IMG/VR virus record: IMGVR_UViG_3300046808_001241
Span: 62,001 to 126,000 of that record
Length of the DNA: 64,000 nucleotides
Strand: one strand, 5' to 3'
Made by a program: the position numbers and the translations under genes. Within the stretch, counting starts at the first letter, position 1; every line of letters starts with the position of its first letter. Positions 1 through 10,165 of the stretch are shown piece by piece. The notes under the pieces are model-generated. The model was not told the DNA's origin and searched no databases. It saw nothing but the letters and a program-made list of their open reading frames with translations.

Positions 1-1
1 C

Positions 2-877
2 AATCAAAACGTACACGTGTTTACTCATTCGGACTTAGATGGTGTTGTTAGCTATCTTGTTCTGTGTTGGGTTTACAATAAAAAATTGAGTGTTACTCCA
101 ACAACACCAATGAAACTAGACCAAGATTACAACAAATTTGTTCAATCCAACAAACAATATGACAAACTTTATTTTCTGGATTTAGACGTTTCAAAAATTG
201 GAGAAAACATTGATAACAAAAATACAGTTGTTTTAGATCACCATAAAACAAACCTTTATCCTTTTAAAAACGCAATTACTCGAATTTACAACGAAACTTC
301 TTGCGCAAAGCTAATTTATGATACGTTTTTTAAAACGTCAGAAAAAAAGCTTTCAGCTGCTCAGAAAACACTATTAGCTCTTGCAGACGATTGGGACTCA
401 GCTACGAAAGCAACTCCATTATCTGAGGGGTTAAACATTGTATACCATTCAATGTCCGACAAGTTCAATTCGTTCGTTGAAGATTATTATAACGGATTCG
501 AACAATTTGATAAGTTCAAACAAAATACAATTACTTTATACAAAAAGCACAGAAAAGAATATTTAGATACATTGACTCCGTTTTTTGGTAAAGTAGAATT
601 TGAAGGCCAAAAAGACATTAAAGTTGGAGCAGTGTTTTGTGATAAATTTGTTCAAGAGTGTTGTGATTGGATGTTTGCTATTCACAACGTAGACGTAGCA
701 ATTGCTGTTTTGATTGATCAAAAGCGAATAGCTGTAAGAAGAAACATTAATTGTGACAAAGTAGATGTTTCTAAATTTGTTCAACGGATTGCTTCTGGTG
801 GCGGACACGAAGCTGCAGCTGGTGGTAATTTAACAGACGAATTTGTAGAATTTACTAAAATGTTGAAACCATTGTAA
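2..877 (+). CDS. DHH/DHHA1 family phosphoesterase (5' partial; frame open from the window edge)
   Basis: THSDLDG, DLD, DHH and C-terminal GGGHEAAAG motifs. Confidence 0.85.
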   Translation, partial: NQNVHVFTHSDLDGVVSYLVLCWVYNKKLSVTPTTPMKLDQDYNKFVQSNKQYDKLYFLDLDVSKIGENIDNKNTVVLDHHKTNLYPFKNAITRIYNETSCAKLIYDTFFKTSEKKLSAAQKTLLALADDWDSATKATPLSEGLNIVYHSMSDKFNSFVEDYYNGFEQFDKFKQNTITLYKKHRKEYLDTLTPFFGKVEFEGQKDIKVGAVFCDKFVQECCDWMFAIHNVDVAIAVLIDQKRIAVRRNINCDKVDVSKFVQRIASGGGHEAAAGGNLTDEFVEFTKMLKPL

Positions 878-897
878 TACGGGCTAAGTAGCTCATA

Positions 898-1311
898 ATG
901 TTACAGCACATATTTGCAGAACTAGAAAGATCTAATTCAGCTCCTTCTGATCACATTAACTCAAGAGAATTTATAGAGGGAGTTTTAAAAGCTGGTTCGT
1001 TGATATCAATGCTCGAAAACAAAAAAATTAATACAACTATGCTTTTTTCATTGCTCTTAGAAAAGAGAGACTATCAAGAGTTTTTTACACATATTACGTC
1101 TTCAGATAATTTTAAAGAATCTATACTTTCGCTGTTGTATCTTCACCCATCACTTGTAAAGTCTAAAGTTACAAAATCTGTTATTAGAAAGCTGAATGCA
1201 AAACGATCTCACAAGTCTAGAAAAGTGCCTTTACAACAAGCATTTAATTGTTTCGAGGAGTCAGAAGAACAAACCTTTCAAGATAAAAAAGGACTTCGGG
1301 GACGTTGTTGA
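898..1311 (+). CDS. hypothetical protein
   Basis: 137-aa ORF, TAAGTA 7 nt before ATG; 3' end overlaps the next ORF by 116 nt. Confidence 0.55.
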   Translation: MLQHIFAELERSNSAPSDHINSREFIEGVLKAGSLISMLENKKINTTMLFSLLLEKRDYQEFFTHITSSDNFKESILSLLYLHPSLVKSKVTKSVIRKLNAKRSHKSRKVPLQQAFNCFEESEEQTFQDKKGLRGRC

Positions 1312-1876
1312 AACAGAAAAACACAAGTTTTTAAAACGTATTTCAACTCTTTTTACTAAGCATCCGGAAATTGATCCCGATAGCTTTTTTCGTGCTCCCT
1401 ATGTTTTATATCCAGATGTGGAATATTTTGGTTTGGATTACTTTTCTACCATGCGTGCCGTTAAATCTTACACCATGTATCGTAAGCATATGTTTCTTCG
1501 AGATCCAGACGAGCAATTAAAACAAGTACAAGATTCATTAAACTTTATAGCAAAGTTCTGTATTCAGGAAAAAATCCAATTTTATCAATATCCGTACCAC
1601 AGAACAGCTGATCTTTTTACATGGATGAAGCATTACAAGGAAAATAAGATCAATATATATTCTATGTTTGAATTTTCTAATATATGTTCGTCTGTTAAAG
1701 AACTAGCAGAAGATGTACAAAGGTTTTTTGTATCTGATTTTGTTGACCAATTTCAAAAATTATATTTAAATTACATGAATTCTATGCAAGTAAAGCCTTA
1801 TGTCAGAAAAGCCTTTCCGCTGCTTTCAAATTTTGTTGAAAAGCAGTTGAACCAATTCAAAAAGCCAGTAAACTAA
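1196..1876 (+). CDS. putative helicase loader (T4 gp59-like)
   Basis: 226-aa helical, aromatic/basic protein directly upstream of gp32, as in T4 synteny; no diagnostic motif confirmed. Confidence 0.45.
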   Translation: MQNDLTSLEKCLYNKHLIVSRSQKNKPFKIKKDFGDVVETEKHKFLKRISTLFTKHPEIDPDSFFRAPYVLYPDVEYFGLDYFSTMRAVKSYTMYRKHMFLRDPDEQLKQVQDSLNFIAKFCIQEKIQFYQYPYHRTADLFTWMKHYKENKINIYSMFEFSNICSSVKELAEDVQRFFVSDFVDQFQKLYLNYMNSMQVKPYVRKAFPLLSNFVEKQLNQFKKPVN

Positions 1877-1882
1877 AAAAGT

Positions 1883-2800
1883 ATGAGTAATATTAATATC
1901 AAATCCATGTTCGATCAAATTAAACAGTCGCTTTCTTCTTCTGACAAGAAAGAAGGAGGCAATGGTCTGTATAAAGAAATTCTTAAATTTTCTGCTGGCA
2001 ATACATATCAAGTCCGTCTTGTTCCTAATCCCACCTCTCCTAAAGAGACAATCTTCCACTACTACAATCACGGTTGGAATTCTAATGCTACAGGCAAATA
2101 TGTAACAGCATTGTGTCCAACCACCTTTGGAGAGAGCTGTCCGATTGATGCTTACTACCTTAAGACCTATCGTACCGGTACTGAATCAGAAAAAGAACAA
2201 GCTCGTGCTCTTTCGCGTAAAGAAGCTTGGATGGTCAACGTTTATGTTATTTCCGATCCAGAGAATCCAGAAAACGAAGGCAAAGTGAAGATTCTTCGTT
2301 ACGGCAAAGAGCTCGCTAAAATTATTGAGTCAGCCCTTGAAGGAGACGATGCTCAAGAGTTTGGCGTAGAAAAGGTTTTCGATGTCGCTAACGGTTCCAC
2401 GCTTCGCATTAAGTGCGAATCTCGTACAGGAAGCAATCGTGGAGCAAAGCAAATGGTTACATATGCCTCTTCGAAGTTCTTAGCTCCTTCGAAAGTTGAG
2501 TTGACGGATACACAACTCGAGGAAGTGCATAACTCAGTGCATGACCTGAAGGCTGTTAACAAGCAAACAACTCCTGCAGAGATGCAGCGTTTGCTTGACG
2601 AACACTTCTTTAATCTTACTACAGGTTCGCCAGTGGAAAAGGATGAGGACGAGTACTCTTCGATTCGCAATGAAGTTCCTACATCAGTTAAGAGAACAGA
2701 AACATCTATCGAAAAAACTTTTGAATCCTCGACAGATTCCGTTTCTGAGTCAGATGAGTCTACCGACGAAGCCTTGAAAAAACTTCTTGCTGATCTTTAA
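1883..2800 (+). CDS. gp32: single-stranded DNA-binding protein, T4 gp32-like
   Basis: VRLVP..HYYNHGW..CPTT.GE.CPI Zn site, NVYVISDPENPENEGKVKI, acidic tail ending LKKLLADL. Confidence 0.9.
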   Translation: MSNINIKSMFDQIKQSLSSSDKKEGGNGLYKEILKFSAGNTYQVRLVPNPTSPKETIFHYYNHGWNSNATGKYVTALCPTTFGESCPIDAYYLKTYRTGTESEKEQARALSRKEAWMVNVYVISDPENPENEGKVKILRYGKELAKIIESALEGDDAQEFGVEKVFDVANGSTLRIKCESRTGSNRGAKQMVTYASSKFLAPSKVELTDTQLEEVHNSVHDLKAVNKQTTPAEMQRLLDEHFFNLTTGSPVEKDEDEYSSIRNEVPTSVKRTETSIEKTFESSTDSVSESDESTDEALKKLLADL

Positions 2801-2828
2801 TTCTTGAGTCAATTTTACAATTATAAAT

Positions 2829-3476
2829 ATGGAACTACTTAAAAAAGCTAACGGTAATATCACTCGCACAGCGGAAGAAAAAGCTCAGATGATCGAGCGC
2901 GCTGCTGAATATTATGGAAAATTTTTGACAGCTTTGGGATTCGATTGGGCAGCAGATCCTCATTCAGCAAACACTCCTAAAAGAGTAGCTAAAGCTTGGG
3001 TTAATGATTTGATTTCCGGTTCAATTAGCCCAGAGCCTGAAGTTACAGCATTTCCTAATGATGAAGGTTATACGGGCCTGATTTGTCAAACACGTATTCC
3101 TGTTGTTAGTATGTGTGCTCATCACAATTTGACGTTTCACGGTGTGTGTCACGCGGCATATATTCCAGGCAAAAATAAGACAGACATGGTTATTGGGTTG
3201 AGCAAACTAAATCGTATCGTGGACTTCTATTCCAGACGACCAAACATTCAGGAAAGTCTAACAAAGCAAATTCACGATCATCTAGATAAACTGTGCGTAG
3301 GCAATCGTGGAGTGGCATGCATTATAGAAAGCCAACATTTTTGTGTAAAATGCAGAGGAGTCAAGAACGATAGTGTTATGAAAACTTCGCAATTATCGGG
3401 TTATTTCCACACCAACGAGGTCGGAAGCCGAGTAGAACTATTTAATCTTATAGACCAGAGTAGATTTGGATCGTGA
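2829..3476 (+). CDS. folE: GTP cyclohydrolase I
   Basis: TPKRVAK, SMCAHH, GLSKLNR, RRPNIQE, H.CVKCRGV motifs. Confidence 0.95.
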   Translation: MELLKKANGNITRTAEEKAQMIERAAEYYGKFLTALGFDWAADPHSANTPKRVAKAWVNDLISGSISPEPEVTAFPNDEGYTGLICQTRIPVVSMCAHHNLTFHGVCHAAYIPGKNKTDMVIGLSKLNRIVDFYSRRPNIQESLTKQIHDHLDKLCVGNRGVACIIESQHFCVKCRGVKNDSVMKTSQLSGYFHTNEVGSRVELFNLIDQSRFGS

Positions 3477-3517
3477 CATTGACCTTATTTAAAAAACTAA
3501 TAAACTTATTTAAAAAT

Positions 3518-3976
3518 ATGATTACAGAAGGAAATTTAGCAACCGCTCAATTAGCACAAATGTTTGGATCTGAACTTTTGAAAGTACAAAAGAGTTCACA
3601 AACCGATTCCGGATCAGTTCCAAATATCGTTAGATTGGATCCAAAGCAGTTTCTTTATAATGAAGCACATGTTTCAAACCAAAGGAGAGCTGAAGAACAA
3701 CGAATTATTCAAGCATTACAGAGGGAGGCAGAAGCTGCGTATCCTATTGTAGAAGCTCAGCTTCCACCACAAGAACAACCTCCCCAGTCACAAAGGCAAG
3801 AAGTTCCAATCCAGATCCAACCTTCCCCCACTCAGCAGGCAACGACCGCCAAACTTTCTTCAGCTAAAGGGGATGTTTGGGCATCAATTGCTGGTAGTTT
3901 GGAGCGTATCGCTAATAGTTTAGAGCGCGTTGATGTTTCTGTAAAAAAGAAGAGAATGAAACGAGCCACTAAATGA
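3518..3976 (+). CDS. hypothetical protein, Q/P-rich centre
   Basis: ORF fills the gap between folE and the clamp gene; ATG at 3518 preferred over GTG 3473. Confidence 0.55.
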   Translation: MITEGNLATAQLAQMFGSELLKVQKSSQTDSGSVPNIVRLDPKQFLYNEAHVSNQRRAEEQRIIQALQREAEAAYPIVEAQLPPQEQPPQSQRQEVPIQIQPSPTQQATTAKLSSAKGDVWASIAGSLERIANSLERVDVSVKKKRMKRATK

Positions 3977-4701
3977 AGCTCGTTATTAACAAATCTCAAT
4001 TCGTAGAAAGCATTCTTGCTCCAGTATCGAAGCTAGCTGACAACTTGCTTTTGGATTTTACTACTTCCGAAACGAATGGAATGTATGCAAAGACTTTTGT
4101 CAGCTCTGCAGACAATTCCATGATTTTAATGGCTAAAATTCCTTGCAAAGCTGACGATCATTACAAATGTGTTATTCCAGACTGTAAAACGTTTTTACGT
4201 TTGTTTTCCGGTGTAGAAAAAGAAAACATTGCTCTTGATATTGATACAAACGTTATCAAATACAAAGATAATTCGTTTTCCTTCAAATATCATCTTCTAG
4301 ACGAATCCTATATTGTTAATAAAAAGTCGATATCCGAAGAAAAGATTAATGGGCTAGAATTTGATACTACCTTTACTATAACAAAACAAAAGCTTTCTGA
4401 AATTATAAAATTTAATTCCATCGTACCAGATGCAGAAAAGCTTTATTTCTTGACTGACGGAAACAAAGTATTTGCGAAACTTGGAGACGAACAAAAATCA
4501 AATACGAATGAGATTGTTACAGAATTGGCTGAGTCTTTTCAAGGACAGTCTTTAATTGAATCGTTTCCTATCAATATTCAAAATATCTTGTTGTTTTCAT
4601 TTTGTTCTGATGAAATCGAAATTTCAGTAAATCAACAACTTAAAGTGTTTCAATTCAAGACTCCTAATCTCAAGTATATTGTGTCTGGACTTGTAAAATA
4701 A
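3973..4701 (+). CDS. gp45: DNA polymerase sliding clamp (gp45/PCNA-like)
   Basis: 242 aa, MKLVINK start, alternating beta/alpha two-domain pattern, F..Y.L.D.S segment, replication context. Confidence 0.6.
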   Translation: MKLVINKSQFVESILAPVSKLADNLLLDFTTSETNGMYAKTFVSSADNSMILMAKIPCKADDHYKCVIPDCKTFLRLFSGVEKENIALDIDTNVIKYKDNSFSFKYHLLDESYIVNKKSISEEKINGLEFDTTFTITKQKLSEIIKFNSIVPDAEKLYFLTDGNKVFAKLGDEQKSNTNEIVTELAESFQGQSLIESFPINIQNILLFSFCSDEIEISVNQQLKVFQFKTPNLKYIVSGLVK

Positions 4702-4719
4702 CACCCATAATTAGCTTTT

Positions 4720-5040
4720 ATGGCTAATAAACTAACTACTTTAGGATACACTCTAAAACGCTTTAGAGATTCTGGGTATATGGCAAATAAGCTTTTTGCT
4801 GAATACCATGAAGGAGATCCTCGTGCTTGGACAATTATGATAGATCCTGGAGTAGCTTCAGTTTTCTGCACTTGTTACATAAACGACCCATATATCGGAG
4901 AAAGCTTTTTTGAGCTATATGATGGAAATCAATATATTCCAGGTCGTTTAAAAATTAAAACATCGTCGTTTGAAATTCTTACGGAACAACTCGTTAGACA
5001 TGGAATTGTTGGGGATAGGGTTTATACTCAAGACAAATAA
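4720..5040 (+). CDS. hypothetical protein
   Basis: 106-aa ORF in a tightly packed operon. Confidence 0.6.
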   Translation: MANKLTTLGYTLKRFRDSGYMANKLFAEYHEGDPRAWTIMIDPGVASVFCTCYINDPYIGESFFELYDGNQYIPGRLKIKTSSFEILTEQLVRHGIVGDRVYTQDK

Positions 5041-5050
5041 ATTTAATTTT

Positions 5051-5386
5051 ATGTCAGCTCCAAAAAAGACAAAAACAACAAAAGCTTCACTTTCTGGAGC
5101 AAATGAGAATATTCCAAAAGCAGAAAAGGCAAACATCGAAAGTCTATTTTCTAAAGCGTTAACGAGACACAAAAACGAAATTTTAGCAGATCAAAAAGAT
5201 AAATACAAAGAACTCAGTCATTTAGCACTTATTGTAGAAGAGTATTTGTCTTGCTTTGCTTTGATTGGTTACTCTTTACAAGACGAAGAGGTGGTAATTT
5301 TTAATACTCCTACGTCCAAAGATGAAGCAGCTTTAGTTGACTTGTTAAGATCTACTTTTATTGATATAGCAAACAATCGTCCCTAA
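5051..5386 (+). CDS. hypothetical protein
   Basis: ATG at 5051 (MSAPKK), directly upstream of the terminase. Confidence 0.55.
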   Translation: MSAPKKTKTTKASLSGANENIPKAEKANIESLFSKALTRHKNEILADQKDKYKELSHLALIVEEYLSCFALIGYSLQDEEVVIFNTPTSKDEAALVDLLRSTFIDIANNRP

Positions 5387-5389
5387 ATA
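5384..5389 (+). promoter_or_regulatory. T4-type late promoter core TAAATA (representative copy)
   Basis: TAAATA-N5-ATG also at 10155, 31787, 33657, 49058, 50075, 51127, 52644, 60697 (+) and 17277, 28375, 31785, 56012 (-). Confidence 0.7.
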
Positions 5390-5394
5390 TCTTC

Positions 5395-7392
5395 ATGTCA
5401 GAAGAAAATTTAGAGCGGCCTCAAAAGAGAGGCAAGGGCCGTCCTCCCGGAGCAAAAAACAAACCCAAAAGAGGTCGTCCAAAAGGTTCTAAGACCAAAG
5501 CAACCCCTCCTCCCGCTCTTCCTAAAATTGAATTTGTAAAAAAAAGTAAACCTTCACGCTCTGAGGAGGAAGTTTTAAACTCACTTTTAAGCGAGGACAA
5601 CCTTTTAGATGCTGGGTACAATACCCATACAGACAAGATTATCAATCAAGAGCCTGTAGATGTTTCTTTTTATTATAGAGGATCAAAGCATGTACCAGTA
5701 GCAGGAGCTCAGTATGAGTTTACTGTTGACATGATTGAAGAGCTGCGTAGATGTAAAAACGATATTGTGTATTTTGCAGAAAACTTTTTTTATATCGTGA
5801 GTATAGATGAAGGCAAACAAAGAATACATTTGTATGAAGCTCAAAAGCAAATGCTTCTTAACATGGTTAACAATAGGTTTTCCGTAAATTTAGCTTCAAG
5901 ACAGAGCGGAAAATCTACATTGCTTACTATATTTGTTCTGTGGATGGCTTGTTTTAATGATGATCACAGAGCAGCAATTGTAGCTAATAAAGAATCGACA
6001 GCAATTAATATTTTCAAACGCGTAAGAATGGCGTACGAACAACTTCCTAATTACATCAAACCCGGCGTTAAAGATTATGGTAAGACCGGAATGACGTTAG
6101 GAAATGATTCAAGTATATTAGTATCTACTACTACAGCCACATCAATTAGAGGTGATAGTTTAAGCACGCTTGCAATTGACGAAGTGGCATTCATAGAATC
6201 TCACTTACTTGAAGAGTTTTGGTCATCCGTTATTCCTGCAGTATCTTCTGGAAAAAAATCCAAAGTATTATTAGTCAGCACACCGAATGGTGTTGGAAAC
6301 AAATTTTATGAAATATTTTCAGGAGCAGAAAGTGGTTCGTTACCTAGTTGGAAACCCTCTCGTATTGATTGGTGGGATAGGCCCGGAAGAGACGAGCAAT
6401 GGAAGCAAGATCAAATCCAACTACTGGGCTCTGAAGAAAAATTTTTACAAGAATTCGGCAATACTTTTTTAGACGATGCTGCTGGAGCAGTTGGAGCTCT
6501 TGTAATCGAACGTCTTAAAAACGAAAAGAAAGATCCAATTTGGACATCAGAAGATGGGGAATATACTGTTTTTGAATATCCAGAACAAAGAAATTTATAT
6601 GTAGTTGGAGTAGATGTCGGAGAAGGTATTGGCAGAGCAGCTTCTGTTGCTCAAATATTAGATGTTACGGATTTACAAAATATTAAACAAGTTGGTATAT
6701 ATGCTTCAAATAAAATTGAGCCATATCACTTTGCAAACAAGCTTTCGACTATCGGTCAATCATGGGGACTTCCTCCAATGTTGATTGAGAGAAATAATTG
6801 CGGAGCTCAAGTAATTGACGCTTTACATCATAAACACAATTACGAAAAAATTGTTTGTTACTCAAAAATCTCTGAACAAGACAAGTACAATAGAACTAGA
6901 AACATGGGAGTACTGTCACACACCAACATTAAATTTGATGGTATTCAAAACATGAGGTATTGGATCAATCATTTACAAACCGTTCATATAAACGACCCTC
7001 ATACAATTTCAGAGTTTGAGACATTTGTAAGATTTCCAAATGGAGTCTTTAGAAAGAGAAATGATAATTTCTTTGACGATCGTGTAATGGCTTTGGTGTG
7101 GGCTTTGTTTATTTTGGAATCGGATATATGTCAGCAATATTTTGAAATTGTTGATTATGATATGCAACACAAACCCCAAAAAATTAAGGATAATGGTTAT
7201 TGGGAGAAAATTGAGCAATTTTATGAATTAAAAGAACTTTCAAAACAATCTACGATTATTCCTAAAATCTTTCGCCCTGAAAACGAACTTGCATTTAAAT
7301 CATTAAATGTTACTCAAAAAGATACAGAGTTTGTAGATAAATATGATGAAGACTTAGAAGGCTTATTAGCTCAAGGCTACGAATTTTTATAA
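5395..7392 (+). CDS. gp17: terminase large subunit (T4 gp17-like) with a basic AT-hook-like N-terminal extension
   Basis: Walker A SRQSGKS, Walker B LAIDE, STPNG, RNaseH-like VGVDVGEG and DDRVMAL. Confidence 0.95.
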   Translation: MSEENLERPQKRGKGRPPGAKNKPKRGRPKGSKTKATPPPALPKIEFVKKSKPSRSEEEVLNSLLSEDNLLDAGYNTHTDKIINQEPVDVSFYYRGSKHVPVAGAQYEFTVDMIEELRRCKNDIVYFAENFFYIVSIDEGKQRIHLYEAQKQMLLNMVNNRFSVNLASRQSGKSTLLTIFVLWMACFNDDHRAAIVANKESTAINIFKRVRMAYEQLPNYIKPGVKDYGKTGMTLGNDSSILVSTTTATSIRGDSLSTLAIDEVAFIESHLLEEFWSSVIPAVSSGKKSKVLLVSTPNGVGNKFYEIFSGAESGSLPSWKPSRIDWWDRPGRDEQWKQDQIQLLGSEEKFLQEFGNTFLDDAAGAVGALVIERLKNEKKDPIWTSEDGEYTVFEYPEQRNLYVVGVDVGEGIGRAASVAQILDVTDLQNIKQVGIYASNKIEPYHFANKLSTIGQSWGLPPMLIERNNCGAQVIDALHHKHNYEKIVCYSKISEQDKYNRTRNMGVLSHTNIKFDGIQNMRYWINHLQTVHINDPHTISEFETFVRFPNGVFRKRNDNFFDDRVMALVWALFILESDICQQYFEIVDYDMQHKPQKIKDNGYWEKIEQFYELKELSKQSTIIPKIFRPENELAFKSLNVTQKDTEFVDKYDEDLEGLLAQGYEFL

Positions 7393-7393
7393 T

Positions 7394-8002
7394 ATGTCAG
7401 ATCAAATTTGCACTAATCCAACTATACAATCGTCTTTGAATCGAGCTTCAAAAGACAAATTTGTTATGGTTCTTAATTTGCCTTATATACTCAGAAAACG
7501 CTCAACGGAAGACATTAACTTGGATATTGATCCGTTGCAACTAAACGTATTTGGTACAATAGTGCCACAAATAAGCATTCCGAGCGTGGAATTGAGATAT
7601 GCAGGACAATCGATTAATGTTTCTTCGCACAATCGTCCTAACTATCCACCATTAACAGTAAACTTCGTTGTCGATAACGACTATAAAAATTATTACGTTT
7701 TATGGAAATGGTTGGAAGTTCTCAATACTCCTCAAGAAAGTCTATATGGAGGCACTCCTCTAGAGCAAATGACCTCTCAAGAATATTTAAACTCAGGAGC
7801 AGAAAATGAGTATCAAACAACTGTTTCTATTTTAGGTTTAAATGAATACAACGACAAAGCAATAGAGTTTGTGTACAAACATTGCTTCATAACAAGCCTA
7901 GGCTCAATAAACTACTCATACAAAGACAGTGAATTTATTGAAATAGCTGCCGAATTCCAATTTAATCAATTGGATATCATTAAACCTAGCCCTAAAAAAT
8001 AA
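7394..8002 (+). CDS. tail tube terminator/completion protein (gp3-like, tube fold)
   Basis: P.I.IPSVE..Y, Y.PLTVNF.VD..Y.NY..LW.W, F.Y..CF.TSL pattern; precedes sheath. Confidence 0.6.
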   Translation: MSDQICTNPTIQSSLNRASKDKFVMVLNLPYILRKRSTEDINLDIDPLQLNVFGTIVPQISIPSVELRYAGQSINVSSHNRPNYPPLTVNFVVDNDYKNYYVLWKWLEVLNTPQESLYGGTPLEQMTSQEYLNSGAENEYQTTVSILGLNEYNDKAIEFVYKHCFITSLGSINYSYKDSEFIEIAAEFQFNQLDIIKPSPKK

Positions 8003-8027
8003 TCCAAAAAACATTAAATAAATATAT

Positions 8028-10148
8028 ATGGCAAGAACTATTACATCACCCGGCGTACAGATTACCGAAAAGGATCTTTCTTTAAGAATTGAAACTCCTG
8101 CTGGAACAAACGTTATTGTTCCTGGGTTTGCTACTCAAGGTCCAATTTCTGAACCACTTTTCATTACAACAGCAAGCGAGCTTGAAGCAATTTACGGCAT
8201 TCCCACGACACCTGCAGAGCGTTACTTTTATTATTCTTGCAAAGAAGTTTTAAATTCACCTGCAGTACTTACAACGTTGCGTTTGCCATATGGTGCTGAT
8301 ACAGGTTCTGCTTATTCCAAATCTTATAGCGCTCTATTTTACCCAATGCTTTCTTCGAGCGCTAATCCTTCAGTTTCAGCTGAATGGGAAATCGGAGCTC
8401 CGACTCATGTTTCGTTAACTCCTTCGCAATATACAAAAATCGTAGAAGGAAACTTTATTTGGACTGGAACAGAAGATGCTTTAGTCAGCAATTTAAGTGC
8501 AGACGCAGAAGTTTCAGCAGGTTTTATTATTTTAAACGACCTTCAAACGACAGTTAATGAAGTTGCAGAAGGATATTACATAGGGTTTGCTGATAACAAA
8601 TCGGTGTCTACGTCATCGCCAAATTTTGAATCAATCTTAGCAGTAACCACTCTTTCGGGAGATAATAACTATTTAAATGTAGCTACATCCCGTTTCGATT
8701 TCGCTTTATCGGCAACGGTTGATGACTCAAACAGAGGACTTCTTTCAATTTCAGAAACCCTCGAAAAGGTTGGATTTATTGGATTTGAAACAACCGAATA
8801 TCAAGACCATCTTTCTTTAGGCGTCTTCCGCGTTCGTAGATCCACTGCCGATTCTTCCCTTCTTTCACTTGCTACTACAGAAAAATATCTCGGCTCATTT
8901 GATTCAAACAGAAAGCAAGTCAGTCCAACAGGAGGAATTTTAGCCTCTTCGTTTATTGAAGATAAAATCAACAGCGCTTCTCCAACAATTAAAATTGTAA
9001 TAAACCCAACTATTTCAAAAAACTTTGATTGGACAACTAACTCAACCCTTCCTACTTCACGTGTAACCGTTGCAGACGATGCAAAAGGACTTTTCCCGGT
9101 TGGCGTATACGTTCCAGATAGCAGAATGGTTGAAGCAACAAAGATCATCGGCAACGTTCCAGGAAAACTTAACAAATCCTTAAGAACGCTTGAAACATTA
9201 GAAGATTCGGTAGTTGACGTCTTAGTAGATGGCGGATTATCGACAATTTACTCAGTAACTGAGTACGCTACATCTTTGTCATTTAATGATGAAACTTTCG
9301 TAGATTCTCCAAGTTCTGTACAACTCAATTGGCAAGCAGTTGCCAACGAACTTGTGAATTTTTCGCAAAATACACGCAAAGATTGTATGACTATCGTGGA
9401 TCCCGCAAGATCGATCTTTATTTCAGGCAGAGATTCAAAGGTAATTGATGGTGAAGACAAAACATTTACACTAGACATTTACAATCATTTAAGATCTTCC
9501 GTTGGAACATTTGAATCCAACTACGCAGCTACATATGGTAACTGGGTAAAAGTTCCAGACCTCTTTACTGGACGTAATATGTGGATGCCATTTTCTGGTT
9601 ACGCAGCAGCAATTTATGCAAGAAGCGATGCAGCAGCAAATACATGGGCTGCTCCAGCTGGTTTGACAAGAGGAGTGTTCAATGTACTTGATATTGCGTT
9701 CAACCCAAATCAAAAACAACGCGATCGCTTATATGAAATTTCAGTCAACCCTGTAGTTTTCTTTACAAACGAAGGCTTTTCTGTAATGGGTCAAAAGACC
9801 CTTCAAACTCGCCCAACTGCATTCGATAGAATTAACGTACGCAGATTGTTTCTAACTTTGGAAAGAGCCGTGCAAAGAACGTTAAAGTACTTTGTATTCG
9901 AACCCAATACAGATTTTACTCGTAACAGACTCAAGAACACAATTACTCCAATTTTCGAGTACGCTAAAAACACTGAAGGTCTTTATGATTATTTGATTGT
10001 TTGTGATGAAAGAAACAACACTCCAGATACAATTGATAACAACGAATTAATTGTCGATATTTACTTGAAGCCTGTAAGAACAGCAGAATTCTTGCTGGTA
10101 AACTTTATTGCAACTCGCACAGGACAAAACTTCCAAGAACTAATTTAA
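8028..10148 (+). CDS. gp18: tail sheath protein
   Basis: SPGVQITEKDLS start, W.APAGLTRG, VNPV..F..EG..V.GQKTL, RINVRRLF. Confidence 0.95.
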   Translation: MARTITSPGVQITEKDLSLRIETPAGTNVIVPGFATQGPISEPLFITTASELEAIYGIPTTPAERYFYYSCKEVLNSPAVLTTLRLPYGADTGSAYSKSYSALFYPMLSSSANPSVSAEWEIGAPTHVSLTPSQYTKIVEGNFIWTGTEDALVSNLSADAEVSAGFIILNDLQTTVNEVAEGYYIGFADNKSVSTSSPNFESILAVTTLSGDNNYLNVATSRFDFALSATVDDSNRGLLSISETLEKVGFIGFETTEYQDHLSLGVFRVRRSTADSSLLSLATTEKYLGSFDSNRKQVSPTGGILASSFIEDKINSASPTIKIVINPTISKNFDWTTNSTLPTSRVTVADDAKGLFPVGVYVPDSRMVEATKIIGNVPGKLNKSLRTLETLEDSVVDVLVDGGLSTIYSVTEYATSLSFNDETFVDSPSSVQLNWQAVANELVNFSQNTRKDCMTIVDPARSIFISGRDSKVIDGEDKTFTLDIYNHLRSSVGTFESNYAATYGNWVKVPDLFTGRNMWMPFSGYAAAIYARSDAAANTWAAPAGLTRGVFNVLDIAFNPNQKQRDRLYEISVNPVVFFTNEGFSVMGQKTLQTRPTAFDRINVRRLFLTLERAVQRTLKYFVFEPNTDFTRNRLKNTITPIFEYAKNTEGLYDYLIVCDERNNTPDTIDNNELIVDIYLKPVRTAEFLLVNFIATRTGQNFQELI

Positions 10149-10165
10149 TTTAACTAAATAATATT

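Noticed and set aside
1196-1311. 116-nt overlap of ORFs 898 and 1196 as a programmed frameshift
   Set aside because: No clear slippery site with downstream structure; the second ORF has its own ATG, so simple overlap is enough
5051-5386. ORF upstream of the terminase as small terminase gp16
   Set aside because: Position fits, but no recognisable gp16 motif
8801-9719. Antisense ORFs inside the sheath gene, and similar ones inside the long fibre, portal and gp5 genes
   Set aside because: They lie entirely within well-supported genes on the opposite strand and read as reverse-complement artefacts
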